Assembly: GCA_905178155.1 (NCBI GenBank)
Contig: CAJINV010000001.1
Location: forward strand, 7,013,794 to 7,077,793
Origin: Amoebophrya sp. A120
Taxonomy: Eukaryota; Protista; Dinoflagellata
Direction: 5' to 3'
Length of the DNA: 64,000 nt
Shown: in pieces, positions 59,037-64,000 of the stretch
Numbering within the stretch: position 1 is the stretch's first letter
Layout: every line of letters begins with the position of its first letter
Translations under genes and position numbers: made by a program
Notes under the pieces: generated by a model
The model's database searches: none
Told to the model about the DNA's origin: nothing
Seen by the model: the letters and a program-made list of their open reading frames with translations, nothing else

Positions 59037-60214
59037 ATGTCGACGCGACGTTTGTTTTACTCCTGTCAGCTTGCACTGCTTCACAGTGCTCTCACCGTCC
59101 GCGCAATGGTGGATCTGGAGTCTCTGATGTCTTCCATCAACGCCTACAAGGAGGGCCAAGACACCTGCGCGTCCTGCGTCGCGGCCGGGAAGGAGTGGTG
59201 CCTCGTTTGGGACGCGTGCGACGTGGACGAATGCGAAGAAGAGGACGTGATCATCCAGGACTGCGCTTCCGTCGACATTCTCCCCAAGCGACCAGAACTA
59301 GCCCCTGGGGTTTTAGTTGAGGTGTTGCCGCCGCGGGAGGAATTCTTTCTTGAAGGAGAAACAGAGAAGTTTGTGCAACAGATGCGCGAAATGGACGACT
59401 TTTTGTTACCGGAAAATGCAACTCTAAAACCTCCGGTTGGGGATCAGGAAGCTAGTGGAAGCACGATCCACCAGCAAAACGCTACGACTCCCGCTCATCT
59501 ATCCACCTTCGAGAGGTTTGGATTCGACGAAGCAGCAGTGTCATCTGCGAACAAAACAAACGCAGCCCCAATTATAGGAGTAGTGGTGCGTGCCTACCAC
59601 ACGCTCGATGAGTTTACTGTGCGTGACGACGCTGGATTTGAAATCAAGCACAGACTGCGTCACGGGCCGGTGACGAATCCGCAGAAATTTAACGACCAGC
59701 CGTATGGTGGGGTACAGGAAAAAGAGCCGGTGTACTTCCGCTCGAGGTACGTGCCTGCTAGCTTTGAGTTCTATTGATCATGATTCTACTACATACGTTG
59801 TTTCTTTTGCTGCGCAGTGATGAATTCTTTACCACACTGACACTAAAAAACAGCGAGCTCCGAGTGCTGTCTTCCGTCCGCAAAGGCGACCGGGTCCGTG
59901 GGCGGTTTTGGACGCGGAAAAGTAGACCAAGTGTGCGCGTAGAGGAGGCGGAAGTATTGAACAGCACGGACGTTCACCAAGTTCGGCTCAGATATCTTGA
60001 AGACGATACCGACGCGTACGTGCCGAGGACGTTCGTTCTGGGTCTGTCGGCGACAGATAGCAACGGGTCCTTGTTGAGTAGCACCGCGGACAGTAGGGAC
60101 GCACTGCCTGACGTTGACAGCAATGCATCGTGTCCTGTTGACCCATCGGGGCTGGACACTTTGGGGCAGCGGGGGAACAGTAAATGCGTTGCGGCTTTAC
60201 CTGTGATCGAATGA
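59037..60214 (+). CDS. Putative secreted protein with small Cys-rich (PSI-like) N-terminal module
   Basis: Signal-peptide-like start; CASCVAAGKEWC....C....C; GT-AG intron 59747-59853 joins the two ORFs in frame. Confidence 0.6.
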
Positions 60215-60945
60215 TTCATAAGTTTCTTGAGATGCAACATCTAGTGACACGCAGTTGATTGGTTTCAACTTTGCGACACATCTAAAGATTCAAAGTCAAA
60301 AACGAAATCTAAGGAAATTTGATCGATTTCAACTCGTTCGTCGAACAACAATTTATTACACACAGGAATACAACCTGCAGTGATAGTGAATCATCTGCAT
60401 GTGGAAGTTCGTAGCGTAAACAGAAGCTTTCTTCGCCCAGCCGCACGTCATTGTCAATGCATGGTCAGTAGATTGATCGGTTTTTTCAGCAGCAATTCGT
60501 GACGCTGCTCCTCTATCTGTGAAAGTTCTTGCGTGTAGGTAGCATCTCGGTTTGAACTAGTACCTGCCTTCGATTTCGTACTGGGTGTCGTGGCCCTTTT
60601 TTGGACATGTTGGCGCAGTGGCCGTCATTAGTCGTATCTGCCATGATTCGTAAGGAAGATCTCAATGGTGATCTAGATATCTCGTGGCGTCGTAATAAAT
60701 CTCTCGTGGTCGTCTTGCTCTTGCAGCAGTTCCAGTTGCTGATCTGAAGTCGTTGTTTTTTTTAATGGTGTGTGCGCATTTTCTTATCTTCCTGCACAGC
60801 TCTTTTTTTTTGTTCCAGGGGACGGGATTGTACTAGAAGCTAGAGTTTTCGTTTAGTCGCGGGCGTTTGGAGCCTGTCGTGCTCGGCCCTTGATAAGTTA
60901 CAGGTTTTTTTTATTTGAAAGTTGCTTTCGCAGCACAATAAGATC

Positions 60946-63900
60946 ATGAGGGGCATGTCCGTTACGACGGAGGGGTTTTTCAACACCACCAAGCCCAAGC
61001 CGTCCTACAGCAAGTCGCCGACGAGACAACCACAGCCACAGCGCGACACCGGGGTGAGTCTGCCCCGATTACCGCCACCAGAAAGCCACGCGAAGGCAAA
61101 AGGTACTAGGAGCGAGTTCTTAATCGCCTGTAGTCTAACTGCCAGTGCGCTGCTCGTCGGCTTGTCGTTGCCGTTCAAGAATATAGTATTCCCTTTTCAA
61201 ATCTTCCACGACACAGGTAGCCGCAGCGGCTGGAGATCGGGTGCGTTTGAAAAACTTCCAAATGCCGGTGGCGGTTGGCACCCCTTGCCCTATCCAAAAC
61301 GGGAGCTCGAGCCGCCACACGAGAATGGCAACATGTCCGAGGAAGACCCTATTGCGGGCGGAAACAGCACGCACCTTTCCATGCCGCCAGAAAAGCCCAT
61401 CCCAGAACCAGCTCGAGAGAAGAAGCGGTACGCGGAGCGAGAGGCCGCGAGCAAAAATTTTGCCACCACTTTTTCCGGCGGCTTCAACTTGCCGACCCCG
61501 ACAAACGGAAATAGCAAGTCAACAAGGACGAGCTTCAGCGGGGAATCGGGGTTCGAATCCGTGCAACAGCAGGACGGGGCTGCGAAAAGTTCGTCCTCCA
61601 CGTCCGTGCCGAGTGAGATCGAGGAGGAGTTGCGACAAGACAACGAACGGCTTAGAAGGGAGTTGGAGACATTGCAGGTAGGGTTGCTGCAGAGCTTAAA
61701 GCGACAAGACCGGTTTATCAGCGGCGGGCAATTCAAGGGACCACCAGCAAAGCATCAGAATGGTAAAAAGCGGTTTTTTTTTTGCGCAAACTTTCCTTCG
61801 CTGCTCTGTTAGTTTAGGAGGTCCCAGTTGGTCGGCCATGAAAGAAAATGAGAAAGAAAAAAAGCAACAAAAATTCAGATAAGAACAAGATGGCCAGCAC
61901 GCACCAAGGCTCTTTCCTCGGGGACAAATCGGAAGAGAAAGCGCGGAGCGGAAACAAAGCCTCGGCGTTCCACATCGCAGAGCTCAAACGGTAAATGTTC
62001 TATCTGTTTCCGCGGTGGCTTTCGCTTGTCAATCTATGTGCTTGCACAACATAAGGTAAAACGAACGAGCTCTTGCACCTATTACCAACTCAGGTACAAA
62101 GCCCGCGTGCAGGAACTGACCCGCGAGCTCCAGGACGTCAGGAAAGAGCAGCTGGAATTGAGCGACATGAAATCTCTCTACCGCACTCTAGAGGAGGAGA
62201 ACAGGATTCTGAAGGAGCAGATCCGGCTCTTGAAGGACGAGCAGATAGAGATCGCGCAACAGCACGAAGCTGAGATTGCGAGATTAAAAGAGCAGGTGCG
62301 GGAGGATTTTCAAGATCTGTCACCAGTCTACGCGGAAATGGCACAAGTGATCGCTGCGAGGGACGGGTTAGCGAGTGAAATCGAAACATACCGGCGCGAG
62401 CTGTACTTGCTGCGGGAGAATGTGAAGGTGGAAGCGGAGCAGCATGCGAGCAAGTTGCGACAGCTAGAGGAGAATCTGGCACAAGCAGTCAAGGAAAAGA
62501 CGGAGCTGGAGCACAGCCTGGAAAGATGGAAAAGTAGTTTGATTTTTTTTGGCGATAACTTTTTGTTTCTAGCTCTGCTTTTGCATGTGTCATCCTCAAG
62601 CTTTCACCGCTAAATCAATGCGCTTAGTAGAGTCATCATGCACAACTGCTCCGTATTCGTTACACAGGAAAACTCAATGACGCCACACGTAAGTTTCGGG
62701 AGCTGGAGCAAGAAAGCGAGCGCAACGCCGAGGAACGGGATCGCTTGCACGGGAAAGCCTTGGGCCAAATGCAGCAAGACCACGAGGTGGCGGTCCGGGC
62801 CCTGCAAAGCGAAATTTCCACCCTGAAAAATCAGATTGCCAGTCTGAAAGACCACCTTTCGAAGGCGCAGGCTGCGGAAGACGAGAAAGCTTCTCTGGTA
62901 AAGGGAGCAAAGGAGGAGTGGGAAGCGGAGAGGATAGGTATCTTTTCGACTTTGATGAGAGCCATAGATGATGAAGTTCAACAAGGTCAAGGCTGCAATG
63001 TTTTCGTTAGCAGTGGTTTCGAGAAGTACTAGAAGAAAAACCCCAACTGAACTTTTCAGCAATGGAGCACCGACACAAACTTGAGTTGCAGCACACGGAG
63101 GGGTTTTATGTTGACAAGCTGGATGGGAAAACGAAGGAATATGAAGCCTCTCTGGAGCAGCGGGACGTAGACACTGCGAAGATGCGCAAGGGCTTGGAGC
63201 AGAGGTGTCAGACCTTGGAAACCGAGCACAAAGAGCAGAGCAAGAAGCTCTACGGTACAGATTTTTTTGTGTGGAACTTTGTACGATGTGGTCTTGGTGG
63301 TCGTGTGCATGAAAATGTTCGGGACGAGCCCGTTCTTTTTGTGTTTTGCTTCTTTCGGTGAAAATAAAACGTCGCTGCACAACGAACACGCAGAAATGGC
63401 GTTGATGCACTTCCTTGCGTCCGCCCAGCAGAAGAACAAGGGCCCGGAGCAGAAGGTCGTTTTTTCCCTCTGGAAGGCCGTTGCGAGGGATCAAGCGGGG
63501 ACAAGGAGGGAATCGGAGCTGGCCAAGGATCGGGATGAGCAGATCAACGCGTTGAGAAAGCAAGCTGAGCGGGAACAAAACCAACTCAGGGTCGCCGTGG
63601 AGGAGGACAAGAAGAACCGCGAAACGCTGGATAGACTCAAGGAGGAAGAGGTAGGAATAACTTTACAAATACCTTTGCAATACATACTTGTGCTTCTCCT
63701 TTCTTATGTTGAAAAAATGCCAGGTAGTGGTAGTGCACTAACCTAAGCACAGAAACCGAAAAAATCACAACAGCGCAAGAAGAACCTTGTCGAGAAACTT
63801 TCCGAAACCGCGAGAGTCGAACGCGCGAAGTGCCAAAAGGAGCACGAGAAGCATGAGCAGGAGTCCAAGCGGGTCACTACTGCGTTGAAAGAACGGAACA

Positions 63901-64000
63901 GCGAATTAGAGGCCATCATTCGGGAATTAGAGGGCAAGATGGAGGAGCTGGAGAAAAACGTGCTGCAAAGAAAATTGCAACAGTCCATGAAACTGCAAGT
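60946..64000 (+). CDS. Multi-exon coiled-coil protein; runs off the window end
   Basis: Successive E/K/R/Q-rich heptad exons (61620-61680, 62095-62530, 62668-62936, 63060-63255, 63358-63650, 63750-64000) separated by short AT-rich introns. Confidence 0.65.

Noticed and set aside
1-64000. Dinoflagellate spliced-leader relics, tRNA/rRNA genes, an intact transposase for the introners
   Set aside because: None recognised by eye; tRNAscan/Infernal and a SL motif search would be needed to exclude them.

Overview
Eukaryotic, intron-containing nuclear DNA. The unidirectional gene blocks and inverted-repeat non-canonical introns are most consistent with an Amoebophrya-like (syndinean dinoflagellate) genome; this is an inference. 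Genes at 1-13.4 kb are all on the minus strand: the 5' part of a DNAH10-like axonemal dynein heavy chain, two tandem DMT/TPT-type transporters, homocysteine S-methyltransferase and a hypothetical. Genes from 22.7 kb onward are all on the plus strand: a large protein with a His-rich tail, hypotheticals, a MATE transporter, a permuted papain-like (PPPDE-type) peptidase, a ubiquitin/ADP-ribose multidomain enzyme, a large disordered protein, a CHTOP/FoP-like protein, an SLC35A-type transporter, a cyclophilin, a putative secreted protein and a coiled-coil protein. Four highlights. (1) One ~1119-aa gene fuses an E2 (UBC) domain, an HYD-type ADP-ribosyltransferase, two Deltex C-terminal domains and a RING-H2, and lies next to a putative isopeptidase: a candidate self-contained ADP-ribose/ubiquitin writer with an eraser. 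(2) At least nine 205-359 bp TAT...GAT(A) inverted-repeat elements, mostly with 5-bp target duplications, sit inside coding sequence and behave as non-GT-AG introns. (3) A ~7.6 kb intronless, transposase-less insertion with G-run/C-run ends occupies the strand-switch region. (4) Ty3/Gypsy pol relics appear eroded toward very high GC. All annotations are from motif recognition by eye, with no database searches.
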